A stretch of DNA of 64,000 nucleotides from an uncultured Candidatus Rokubacteria bacterium (GTDB taxonomy: Bacteria > Methylomirabilota > Methylomirabilia > Rokubacteriales > CSP1-6): the NCBI GenBank assembly GCA_963771355.1, contig CAVYTA010000006.1, forward strand, positions 416,001-480,000. Reading direction: 5' to 3'. The translations under genes and the position numbers were made by a program. Below are positions 19,706-28,825 of the stretch, one piece after another. A model generated the notes under the pieces. That model searched no databases and was not told the origin of the DNA. It saw nothing but the letters and a program-made list of their open reading frames with translations. Numbering within the stretch: the first letter of the stretch is position 1; each line of letters begins with the position of its first letter.

Positions 19706-21211
19706 ATGAGGCTCCTGAGCGACGACGAGCTGCGGGCTCTCGAACCGGCCGAGACGGCGGCCTTTGCGGGGCCGGTTCCCACCCAGATCGTGTCGAGCGA
19801 CGAGTATTTTCCCTCGCCCCAGAGCGCCGAGCAGCGGCGCGTCCAGACGCGCGTCGAGGCGCTGGGCGACGAGCTCGGTCGCAGGCGGGGACTCTCCCGC
19901 CGCGCCTTCTTCCGCACCGCCGGCGGGATGGCGGCGGCCTACGTGGCCATGAACGAGGTGTTCGGGCCCTTCTTCGACGCGAGCCTGGCCGAGGCCGCCG
20001 ACAAGGACCTGGCGGCGGAGCGCGCCAGGGGGCTCGCCGGACAGTTCGTGATGGACACCCACACGCATTTCCTCCGCGACGACACGCGCCTCGAGGGCTT
20101 CGTGCGCCAGCGCGAGGCGGTCGGACGGGCCGGGTGGAATCCCGGCCTCGCCACTAAGCCGCAGACACTTGAGGATCTGAAGTTCGACAATTACTTCAAG
20201 GAGATATTCCTCGACTCGGACACCAAGGTCGCGCTCGTCTCGGGCGCGCCCTCCGAGGTGCCGCAGGACTGGTTCCTCACCAATGACATGGCGGTGGAAG
20301 CGCGCGCCAAGGTGAACGCGCGGCTCGGCGCGCGGCGACTCATGGCGCATGCGATCTTCACGCCCGGCTATCCCGGCTGGCTGGAGGAAGTGGACCGCGC
20401 GATCACCCAGCTCAAGCCCGACTCTTTCAAGGGCTACACCATCGGCGACAACACCCACAAGGACAAGAGCCAGCACCCGTGGCGGATGGACGACGAGAAG
20501 CTCGTCTACCCGGCCTACGAGAAGATGCTGAAGGCGGGCCTCGTCAACGTCTGCGTCCACAAGGGGCTCTTCCCGCCGTCGCTGGACCAGCGCTTCCCGA
20601 GCCTCCGGCCCTTCTGCGATGTGCGGGACGTGGGCAAGGCGGCGAAGGACTGGCCCGGGCTCAACTTCATCATCTACCACGGCGCCTATCGGTTCCCGGG
20701 AGGCGGCAACCCGGCGGACGCCCTCGCCCAGTTCGACCGCGAGGGCCGCGTGGACTGGGTCACCGATCTCGCCGAGATCCCCGCGAAGCATGGGGTCGGC
20801 AATGTCTACGCCGATCTGGGCCAGCTCTTCGCCCAGACCACGGTGGCGCAGCCACGCCTGGCCGCCGCCCTCATGGGCACGCTGGTCCGCGGCATGGGCG
20901 CGGATCACGTCATCTGGGGCACGGACGCCGTGTGGACGGGGGCGCCCCAGTGGCAGATCGAGGGGCTGCGGCGCCTGGAGATCCCGGAGGACATGCGAAA
21001 GGCCCACGGCTTCGCGCCGCTGGGCGCCGCCGACGGGCCGGTCAAGCGGGCGATCCTGGGCGAGAACGTCGCGCGCCTCTACGGGTTCCGGCGCGAGGCC
21101 GAGCTGGGCCAGCCCGGCGACCGGCTCGCCGCGCTCAAGGCCGACTACGAGGCGGCGGGCGGCGGACGCTCGAACCTCCGCTACGGGTACGTCCTGCCCT
21201 CACGCGCCTGA
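19706..21211 (+). CDS. Amidohydrolase family protein
   Basis: DTHTH metal motif; CVHKG, IIYHG and WGTD motifs; GGAGG SD. Confidence 0.85.
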   Translation: MRLLSDDELRALEPAETAAFAGPVPTQIVSSDEYFPSPQSAEQRRVQTRVEALGDELGRRRGLSRRAFFRTAGGMAAAYVAMNEVFGPFFDASLAEAADKDLAAERARGLAGQFVMDTHTHFLRDDTRLEGFVRQREAVGRAGWNPGLATKPQTLEDLKFDNYFKEIFLDSDTKVALVSGAPSEVPQDWFLTNDMAVEARAKVNARLGARRLMAHAIFTPGYPGWLEEVDRAITQLKPDSFKGYTIGDNTHKDKSQHPWRMDDEKLVYPAYEKMLKAGLVNVCVHKGLFPPSLDQRFPSLRPFCDVRDVGKAAKDWPGLNFIIYHGAYRFPGGGNPADALAQFDREGRVDWVTDLAEIPAKHGVGNVYADLGQLFAQTTVAQPRLAAALMGTLVRGMGADHVIWGTDAVWTGAPQWQIEGLRRLEIPEDMRKAHGFAPLGAADGPVKRAILGENVARLYGFRREAELGQPGDRLAALKADYEAAGGGRSNLRYGYVLPSRA

Positions 21212-22882
21212 GCGGCGCGCGGCCGTCGCGGGGGTGGGGAGCTCGTCGGGATCGATGGGGATCTCGATGACCGCGGGCTTGCCCGCGGCGAAGGCCGCGC
21301 GGACCGCGTCGCCGATCTGATCCGGCTTCTCGACGTAGTAGCCCTCCGCCCCGAACAGTCGCGCGAGCTGGTCATAGCGCGGGTTGCCGATATCGCAGCC
21401 GATGTAGCGCCCGCCGTAGAACGCCCGCTGATAGGCCTTCTCCGAGCCCCAGCAGTTGTTGTTCATGACGAGCGTCACCGCGTTGATGTGGTGGCGCACC
21501 GCCGTCTCCAGCTCCTGGACGTTCATGAGAAAGCCCCCGTCGCCGTGGATGGCGAGGACCGGCGCCTCGGGCCGCCCGAGCTTGGCGCCCAGCGCCACCG
21601 GGAAGGCGAAGCCGAGGCCGCCGAGATCCAGGGGGGTGAGGAAGGTGCGGGGCCGCGCGAAGGCCAGGCGGTCATAGCCGTAGGCGGGGGCCGCGCCCGC
21701 GTCGAGCGTGACGATGGTGTCGGGCGGCAGCGCCCTCCGCAGCTCCGCGTAGACGCGCTGGGGCTTGAGCGGTTGCGTGTCGAGGCGGCCTTCCGCCTCG
21801 AGCCGAGCCTGGCGCTGGCGCCGCAGGGCGTCCACGTCTTCCCGCCAGCGCGCGCGGTCGGCCGAGCCGCCGTCGCGGGCGAGGCGGTCCGCCAGCGCGA
21901 CGCAGGTGAGGCGGGCGTCCGCCTGCATGCCGACCGCGACCGGATAGTGGCGGCCGATCTCCCGCGCGTCGAGGTCGACGTGGATGAGGGCGGTCTCGGG
22001 ACGAATGGCGCGGTCGTCGAAGTGGCTCGTGAACTGACCGAGCCGCGTGCCGATGGCGAGGAGGACGTCGGCGTGACGGCAGGCGGAGGCGGCCTCCGGC
22101 GCGCCCGCGCGGCCGAGTGGCCCCAGGTAGAGCGGATGCGCGTTCGGCACCGCGTCGTTCCGCCCATAGGCGGTGATCATCGGAATGCCGTGGCGCTCGG
22201 CGAGCTGGACCACCAGGTCGCCGGCTTCCGCGCGCGTGACGCCGCCGCCCACGAGGAGCAGCGGCCGCTCCGCCCGGCGCAGGAAACCCGCCGCCGCCTC
22301 CACCGCGTCCGGATGCGGCGGCAGAGGCGCGGTGACGCGATACGCCGCGGGCGCTATCAGCGAAAGATCCAGCGTCTGGTCGTTGAGCACGTCGCGCGGG
22401 ATCTCGACCAGGACGGGACCGCGGCGCCCGGTCATGGCCGCGCGCAGCGCGGTGCGGAGCAGCTCGGGAATGCGTGCGGCCCGCGTCACCTGCAAGGCGA
22501 GCTTGGTGACGGGTCGAAACATGCCGACGAGATCGTATTCCTGGAAGGCGTCCTTGCCCTGATGGTCGAGGGACACGCCGCCCACCAGCACCACCACCGG
22601 GGAGTGGGCCACGTGCGCGGCGGCCACCCCGGTGAGGAGGTTGGTGGCGCCGGGGCCGCTGGTGACGAGGCAGACGCCGGGGAGATCGGTCACGCGGGCG
22701 AGGCCGTCGGCCATGAAAGCGGCCGCCTGCTCGTGGCGCACGTTGATGTACTCCACGCTCCGGTCGTCGTAGAGGGCGTCGAGCACGTCGAGAAAGGTGG
22801 CGCCGACGATCCCGAAGATGTGGCGGACACCCTCCGCCTTGAGGAGCTCGACGACGGCGCGGCCGCCGGTCATGTCCGCCAT
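21200..22882 (-). CDS. Thiamine diphosphate-dependent enzyme (acetolactate synthase / sulfoacetaldehyde acetyltransferase-like)
   Basis: RHEQAAAFMADG, SGPGATN and GDGGF..NN ThDP motifs; WGSEK segment reminiscent of Xsc. Confidence 0.85.
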   Translation of the reverse strand: MADMTGGRAVVELLKAEGVRHIFGIVGATFLDVLDALYDDRSVEYINVRHEQAAAFMADGLARVTDLPGVCLVTSGPGATNLLTGVAAAHVAHSPVVVLVGGVSLDHQGKDAFQEYDLVGMFRPVTKLALQVTRAARIPELLRTALRAAMTGRRGPVLVEIPRDVLNDQTLDLSLIAPAAYRVTAPLPPHPDAVEAAAGFLRRAERPLLLVGGGVTRAEAGDLVVQLAERHGIPMITAYGRNDAVPNAHPLYLGPLGRAGAPEAASACRHADVLLAIGTRLGQFTSHFDDRAIRPETALIHVDLDAREIGRHYPVAVGMQADARLTCVALADRLARDGGSADRARWREDVDALRRQRQARLEAEGRLDTQPLKPQRVYAELRRALPPDTIVTLDAGAAPAYGYDRLAFARPRTFLTPLDLGGLGFAFPVALGAKLGRPEAPVLAIHGDGGFLMNVQELETAVRHHINAVTLVMNNNCWGSEKAYQRAFYGGRYIGCDIGNPRYDQLARLFGAEGYYVEKPDQIGDAVRAAFAAGKPAVIEIPIDPDELPTPATAARRSGA

Positions 22883-22975
22883 TCGCGAAAGCATACAAGG
22901 AATGCGTCGGCGTGTCATGGGGGCGCCCGCGTTGGACGAAGCATGCGCCTGAAGGATGGTAGAGTGCTGGCGGTG

Positions 22976-23013
22976 TGCAGATCGCCCCAAGAGATGCAGA
23001 TCGCCCCAAGAGA
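22976..23013. repeat. Perfect tandem direct repeat, 19 bp x2 (TGCAGATCGCCCCAAGAGA)
   Basis: Read directly from the sequence in a divergent intergenic region. Confidence 0.9.
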
Positions 23014-23025
23014 AAGGTGGGAGCC

Positions 23026-23949
23026 ATGAGAAGAGCAATCGTGATGACACTCGCGCTGGCGGCGTCTCTCGCGTCTGGATGCGCGGGCAGCGCTCCGACG
23101 CCGGCCATGCAGGACGTGAAGCCGCTCCGGGTGGTCTCGGAGCAGACCGCCACGGGCTTCGCGTTCCCTGAGTCGGTGGCCTACGACCCCCGGGCCAAGG
23201 TCCTCTATGTCAGCGAGTTCGGCTCCGAGCTGAAGCCGGCCGAGAAGGACGGCAAGGGGCGGATCAGCCGGGTGTCGCTGACGGGACAGATCCTGGACAA
23301 GCAGTTCCTTCCCGGCCCCGGCGGAGAGGTCCTCAACAAGCCCAAGGGAATCTGGATCCAGGGCAACCGGCTCTGGGTCACGGATATCGACGTGGTGTGG
23401 ATCTTCGACCTGACGAACCGCCGCAGCAAGAAGCTCGCGCTGCCCGGCGCCCAGTTCGCCAATGACCCCGCCGTCAGCAAGGGAGCGCTCTACGTCAGCG
23501 ATAACCGTGCGGACCAGCTCTTCCGGGTGGAGCCGGCCGACTTCCTCGAGACGAGCACGCCTCCCAAGGTCACCCGCGTCTTTCAGGGCAAGGGGATCAA
23601 TCCCAACGGCGTCTACCCGGCCCGGGACGGCTCCCTCCTGATCGTCGGGATCATGTCGGCCGAGCAACCGCGCGGCATCTACTCGCTCGGCGCCGGCGAC
23701 GAGGTCAAGACCTTGGCCACGGGCCTCGGCCGGCTGGACGGCCTCTATCAGATGGACGACGGGACCCTGCTGGTCACGGACTGGGGCTCGGGGTCGCTCC
23801 TTCGCTGGAGCGCGACGGGCACCGAGACGCTGGCAAAAGGCTTCAAGGGTCCGGCGGACTTCTGCGTGATTCCGGAGGGGAATGGGTTCCTGGTGGTGGT
23901 GCCGGATCTGGTGCAGGGCGAGCTGCGGATGGTGCGGCTCGCGCGGTAG
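23026..23949 (+). CDS. Beta-propeller lipoprotein (SMP-30/gluconolactonase-like)
   Basis: Lipobox-like ASGC; PESVAYD, LNKPKG, FANDPAV and NPNG motifs. Confidence 0.75.
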   Translation: MRRAIVMTLALAASLASGCAGSAPTPAMQDVKPLRVVSEQTATGFAFPESVAYDPRAKVLYVSEFGSELKPAEKDGKGRISRVSLTGQILDKQFLPGPGGEVLNKPKGIWIQGNRLWVTDIDVVWIFDLTNRRSKKLALPGAQFANDPAVSKGALYVSDNRADQLFRVEPADFLETSTPPKVTRVFQGKGINPNGVYPARDGSLLIVGIMSAEQPRGIYSLGAGDEVKTLATGLGRLDGLYQMDDGTLLVTDWGSGSLLRWSATGTETLAKGFKGPADFCVIPEGNGFLVVVPDLVQGELRMVRLAR

Positions 23950-23984
23950 CGCGCCCGCCGAGCGCATCCGCGGGTGCGCGTCCG

Positions 23985-24761
23985 TCAGTGCATGATGACG
24001 CCGCCGGTCACGTTCAGCGCCTGACCGGTCATGTAGCCCGCGCGCGCGGAGGCGAGGAAGCCGATCACGCTGGCCACGTCCTCCGCGCGCTCCATGCGGC
24101 CCAGCGGGATCTGGGCCTCGCGCTGGCGGGTGAACTCCTCGGGCGAGAGGCCGAGGAGCTTGCCCTGCTCGCGCGCCACCATGGTCCACATGTCGGTCTC
24201 GACGAAGCCGGGGCAGACGCAGTTCACCCGGATCCCGTCGGCGGCGTGGGCAAGGGCCAGGCTCTTGGTGATGCTGACCACGGCGGCCTTGCTCGCGTTG
24301 TAGGGCAGGTTCGTCTTGCTGCCGACCTTGCCCGCCAGGGAGGCGAGGTTGACGATGCACCCGCGTTTGCGCTCGATCATGACGGGCAGTACCGCCTGGC
24401 AGGCGAAGAAGAGCGCCCGGGCATTGATGCCGAGGACGGCGTCCCAGTGCTCCTCGGTGACTTCCAGCGTGGCCGCCGCGCGGTAGATCCCGGCATTGTT
24501 GACGAGGATGTCGATCGACCCCAGATCGGCGAGGGTCCGGGCCACCATGGACTCCAGATCCCCGCGGCGGGTCACGTCGGTGGCGAGGGCGACGGCGCGG
24601 CGGCCGGTGGCCTTCACCTCGCCGGCGGTGCGCTCGGCCCCGGCCTTGTCGAGCTCGGCGACCACGATGTCCGCGCCGAGGCGGGCCAGCTCGAGCGCGG
24701 TGGCCCGCCCGATGCCGCGTCCCCCGCCGGTGACGATGGCGACCTGTCCGGCCAGCTCCAT
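23985..24761 (-). CDS. SDR family oxidoreductase
   Basis: TGGGRGIG, NNAG and YNASK motifs. Confidence 0.92.
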   Translation of the reverse strand: MELAGQVAIVTGGGRGIGRATALELARLGADIVVAELDKAGAERTAGEVKATGRRAVALATDVTRRGDLESMVARTLADLGSIDILVNNAGIYRAAATLEVTEEHWDAVLGINARALFFACQAVLPVMIERKRGCIVNLASLAGKVGSKTNLPYNASKAAVVSITKSLALAHAADGIRVNCVCPGFVETDMWTMVAREQGKLLGLSPEEFTRQREAQIPLGRMERAEDVASVIGFLASARAGYMTGQALNVTGGVIMH

Positions 24762-24800
24762 GGCGATTCTCCTCTCGGGGTGTGAGGACGCGGAGAGCGG

Positions 24801-25803
24801 CTAGGCCGCGCCCGGCATGATGACGGTCTTGGCGCCGCGGCCCGCGGTGGCGTGGGCGAAGGCCTCGCTCGATCCGCTCCAGGGGGAAGCGGCCGGTCAC
24901 GAGGCGCTTGAGGCCCAGCTTCGGCAGGAGCGCCAGCGCGCGGCGGAAGGCGGTGCCCCGGCCATAGGCGCCGTGGATGCTGATCTCGCGAAAGTGCACG
25001 TCGAAGAGATCCAGCGGCAGGCGGCTGCCCTTGGGATTGACTCCGACGAGCTGGACGACGCCGGTGGGCCTGACCAGCCGCAACGCCTCGACGACCAGCT
25101 CCGGCTTGCCCACCGCCTCGCAGACCACGTCGACGCCGCGCCCCTTGGTGAGCTCGCGCATCCGCTCGTCCAGGCTCTCGCGGGTGGGATCGATGACTAC
25201 CTGCGCGCCCAGCTTGCGCGCGATGGCGCGCCGCTCCGGGATCGGGTCCGACAGGATCAGGCGCTTCGCCCCGCGCGTCTTGGCCATGGCCATGGTGATG
25301 AGGCCCATGATGCCGCCGCCGATCACCAGCACCGTGGCGTCGCGCGGCATCCGGTACATCTCGAGCCCCGACAGGCAGCAGGCGGCGGGCTCCGCGAGCG
25401 CGGCGGTGACGGGGTCGAGCCCGCGGGGCAGGGGATGCGTGCAGGAGAGCGGCAGCGCCACCCGCTCGGCGAAGCCGCCCACGCGCGTGGCGCGCGGGCA
25501 CTGGGAGATGCGGCGGTTGGCGCAGGCCGGGCATTGGCCGCAGCCGTAGGAGGGCTCGCAGGCGACCGCCTTGCCGATGAGCCGGCGGCTCACGCCCCGG
25601 CCGACGTCGCGGACGATGCCGCTGTACTCATGGCCCATGATGAGCGGCGGCGTCCACGGGAACAGCCCCTGGGTGGCATGGATGTCGGTGCCGCAGATCC
25701 CGGCGGCGTGCACGTCCACCACCACCTGCCCGGGGGCCGCCACGGGCTCGGGCGCATCGTCCACGGTGAAGCGGTCGGCCCCGCGCCAGGTCGCAACTTT
25801 CAT
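24801..25803 (-). CDS. Zinc-dependent alcohol dehydrogenase (apparent +1 frameshift at ~24868)
   Basis: CGTD, GHE and CGQCPAC..C motifs; C-terminus continues EAFAHATAGRGAKTVIMP after the shift. Confidence 0.88.
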
Positions 25804-26075
25804 GGGGCCTCTCCGTGGGTGCCGCCGCCCTCCATGGGAGAGAGAATCATCACCTCGGCGGAGTCGGGGAGCGGCGTGTCCGGGGTGGCGATCTCGCCGT
25901 TCACCGCCACGGTGGCGTCGGCGGCGGCATCGATGCCGATGACGTCGAGGAGGTCGGTCACCCGCGCCCGCGGGGGCAGCGCATAGCGCTGCGGCCCCAC
26001 CGCCCCCGGCGGGAGAAAGCGCCGGAAGCCGGCGAAGAACGTCACGCGGACGGTGACGATGCCCCCCGCCGTCAC
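25800..26075 (-). CDS. MoaD/ThiS family sulfur carrier with a C-terminal extension after GG
   Basis: VRVTFFAGFR, VAVNG and ILSPMEGG, followed by GTHGEAP. Confidence 0.8.
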   Translation of the reverse strand: MTAGGIVTVRVTFFAGFRRFLPPGAVGPQRYALPPRARVTDLLDVIGIDAAADATVAVNGEIATPDTPLPDSAEVMILSPMEGGGTHGEAP

Positions 26076-27688
26076 CGATCCAGCCACACGTCCTGCATGC
26101 GCCCGTAGTTGTAGAGGGCGTTGTGGGGCACGAGGTTCTTCACGTGCGGGTAGTGCGCGAAGTATTCCTTGCGCCAGCCGAGCATGGGCCGGGCCACGTC
26201 GGCCTCGAGCTTCTTCTGGATTTCGAGCACGAGGCGGAGACGCTTGGCGCGGTCCAGCTCCTGGGACTGCTGGTCGATGAGCCGGTCCGTCTCCTCGCTG
26301 CAATAGTCCGTGTAGTTCCGGGAAGATCCGCACTTGTAGTTCTCCACGAAATACGCGTCGGGATCGTCGAAGCCGCCGGCGGTGAGATTGGCCCCGATCT
26401 GGTAGTCCCGCCGGGCCAGGGTCGGGAACCACGCCGCCGAGTCCATCTGCTTCACGGTGGCCTCGATGCCGATCTGGTGGAGCTGGTCGGCCACGAAGGA
26501 CGCCACGTCGAGATAGATGGAGAGGGTGCGGGTGGCCAGCTCCACGCGGAGCGGCTTGCCGCCGGGCCCGAAGCCGGCGGCGGCGAGGAGACGGCGGGCC
26601 TCCGCCTTGTCGGCGGCGCTGTTCCGGTAGCCGGGCAGCGTCTTCAAGTCCGGATCGGAGAGCCCCCAGATCCCCAGGGGCTTCGGCATCAGGCCTGCCC
26701 CCACTACCGCGCCCCCGTGGCGCACGCTCTGGACATAGCCGTGCCGGTCCATGGCGAGGCTCACCGCGCGGCGCACCGCGGGATTGTCGAAGGGCGGGCG
26801 CTTGTGGTTGATCACCACGTTGTCGCTGCCGTTCTGGCCCACCTCGGTGATGACCAGGGACGGCGCGCTCTTCTTCGCCGCCTCGGCCATCGCCTTGGTC
26901 ATCTCCAGCGGCACGAAGGCGTCGAGACGCCCGGCCTGGAGGGCGGCGAGACGGGTGCCGCGCTCGGTGATGACGGTGTAGCGGATGCCGTCGAGATAGG
27001 GCCGGTCGGGGATGAAGTAGTCCGGATTTCGCTCCAGCTCCACGGACTGCCCGCGCAGCCACTCCTTGAACCGGAAGGGCCCGCTACCCAGGCACTTCTG
27101 GCGCAGCTCACCGAGCGCTACATGCGCCGGGTAGACCGGGGAGTAACCCGAGGCGAGCATGAGCAGGAGCGACGGCTGCGGGCGCTTGAGCCGGAACACC
27201 ACCGTATGCGGCTCCGGCGCCTCGATGGCCTCCACATTGGCCCACCAGTCCTTCCGGGGGCTGAGGCGGAACTTCACCGGCGCCTCGGGCGCCTCGCGCG
27301 CCACGTCGAAGGTGTACTTCACGTCGCGCGAGGTGAGCGGCTTGCCGTCGTGCCACTTCACGTTCTTCCGCAGGAAGAAGACGAGATTGCGGTAGTTGTC
27401 CTGCCAGGACCAGCGCTCGGCGAGCTCGGGAATGACGGTGTCGGCGCTCTCCAGCGGCTTGAGCGGGTGGAAGAGGACGAGGTTCGAGTAGCACGGCGAC
27501 ATGGGCCAGACATTGGAGACGGTGGCCGACTCGTGGGCGATGAGCCCCGGCGGGTCCTCGATGAGCACGGCCTGGAGCACGCCGCCTTTCTTCGGGGTCT
27601 GGCTCTCGGCGGACGGGCAGATCCCGGCGAGGAGAGCGAGGACGAAGGAGAGGCCCAGCGCGAGGGAAAGGGGGCGGGGCATGGTCAT
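26072..27688 (-). CDS. ABC transporter substrate-binding protein, family 5
   Basis: PELAERW, LRKNVKWHDGKPLTSRDVKYT and GSGPF motifs. Confidence 0.92.
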   Translation of the reverse strand: MTMPRPLSLALGLSFVLALLAGICPSAESQTPKKGGVLQAVLIEDPPGLIAHESATVSNVWPMSPCYSNLVLFHPLKPLESADTVIPELAERWSWQDNYRNLVFFLRKNVKWHDGKPLTSRDVKYTFDVAREAPEAPVKFRLSPRKDWWANVEAIEAPEPHTVVFRLKRPQPSLLLMLASGYSPVYPAHVALGELRQKCLGSGPFRFKEWLRGQSVELERNPDYFIPDRPYLDGIRYTVITERGTRLAALQAGRLDAFVPLEMTKAMAEAAKKSAPSLVITEVGQNGSDNVVINHKRPPFDNPAVRRAVSLAMDRHGYVQSVRHGGAVVGAGLMPKPLGIWGLSDPDLKTLPGYRNSAADKAEARRLLAAAGFGPGGKPLRVELATRTLSIYLDVASFVADQLHQIGIEATVKQMDSAAWFPTLARRDYQIGANLTAGGFDDPDAYFVENYKCGSSRNYTDYCSEETDRLIDQQSQELDRAKRLRLVLEIQKKLEADVARPMLGWRKEYFAHYPHVKNLVPHNALYNYGRMQDVWLDR

Positions 27689-27692
27689 GGGG

Positions 27693-27908
27693 TCAGATGG
27701 TGAAGCGGCGCCGGAACACGCGCCTGATGAGATACGGGTTGGCGCCGAGCTCGTAGAGCTTGCCGATGTCGCCGGCGCTGAGGGCGGTCCGCTCGGCGTC
27801 GCTGAGCGCGTGGCCGGCCATGTCCTCCTCGGTCAGGCGCTCCTTCATCTGGTGCTGGCGCGCGATCGTGGTGAGCAGCTTGTTGAGCGCATAGGAGATG
27901 GCGATCAC
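27693..27908 (-). CDS. LigA-like small subunit of aromatic ring-opening dioxygenase
   Basis: LSDAERTALSAGDIGKLYELGANPYL pattern; GTGA overlap with the LigB-like gene. Confidence 0.65.
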   Translation of the reverse strand: MIAISYALNKLLTTIARQHQMKERLTEEDMAGHALSDAERTALSAGDIGKLYELGANPYLIRRVFRRRFTI

Positions 27909-28738
27909 GGGTGCACCCACACCGTCGCGCAGCCGGTGATCCACTCCGCCACCGGCTCGTAGGCGAGCACCTCGCCCTTCCACCCGGGCACCGCGCCCAG
28001 CAGCGCGATCCAGTTCCGGATCTCCTGCCCGCCGTTGCCGCCGTCTCGCTCGATCTCCTCCCAGGTGAGGCGGGCCAGAGGCGCCACGTCGCCGCGGGCG
28101 ATGTGGTCGAGCGCCCAGTGGTCCCAGTCGGGGTTGATGCGGCCGGTTTCCGGCGTGCCCACCCAGTGGGATAGTCCGCCGGTGGCGATCAGAGCCACGC
28201 GGCCGGGGGCGGCGCGGCCGCGCACGAAGTCACCCACGAACGCCCCTACCTCGAGGCAGCGGCGGGGCAGGGGGAGCGGCGGCGCCGCGCAGTTGGTGTA
28301 GACGGTCACCACGGGGACGGTGGCTTCCGGCAGCAGGAAGGACAGCGGCACCGACATCTCGTCCCAGCTCTCGATGTCGTGGGAATAGGCGAAGTCGATG
28401 CCGGCGGCGAGCCCCGCCTCGAGGAGCGCCATGGCCCACTCGGGATGGCCGCGCAGCGTGCGCGGCGTGAGGCGCATGAGGCCCGCGCCGCCCGGGCTCG
28501 GCGCCTCGTAGCTGCCGGCCAGGCCCACGCAGAAGGCGGGGAGATTGTCGTAAGCGAAGTTCTGCAGGTGATCGTTGACGAACATGACGAGCAGATCGGG
28601 GCGCGCGGCGGCCAGCCGTCGGCGCAGCTCATGGAAGCCGGCGTAGAGCCGGTCGCGCTGCTCCGGCCGCGAAACCTCCGGCTTCCCGGTGATGAGCGGG
28701 GCGTGTGCAGTCAGCGCGGCGGCGACGATCTCGGCCAT
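27905..28738 (-). CDS. LigB-like extradiol ring-cleavage dioxygenase
   Basis: AHAP, NDH, TGGLSHW, INPDWD and GGQEIRNWI motifs. Confidence 0.85.
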   Translation of the reverse strand: MAEIVAAALTAHAPLITGKPEVSRPEQRDRLYAGFHELRRRLAAARPDLLVMFVNDHLQNFAYDNLPAFCVGLAGSYEAPSPGGAGLMRLTPRTLRGHPEWAMALLEAGLAAGIDFAYSHDIESWDEMSVPLSFLLPEATVPVVTVYTNCAAPPLPLPRRCLEVGAFVGDFVRGRAAPGRVALIATGGLSHWVGTPETGRINPDWDHWALDHIARGDVAPLARLTWEEIERDGGNGGQEIRNWIALLGAVPGWKGEVLAYEPVAEWITGCATVWVHP

Positions 28739-28825
28739 GCGGCCCTCCCGGTGTGACGACGGGGCCCACTTCAACATCGCCGCCGGTGGGTGTCAAGGTG
28801 CACGCCTGCATATATAATGACGCGC

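Noticed and set aside
22976..23013. CRISPR array
   Set aside because: Two adjacent 19-bp copies with no spacer and no cas genes.
22915..25803. 962-aa ORF as a real multidomain fusion
   Set aside because: Artefact of the frameshift in the Zn-ADH gene; the remainder reads out of frame through the SDR and antisense to the 23026 gene.
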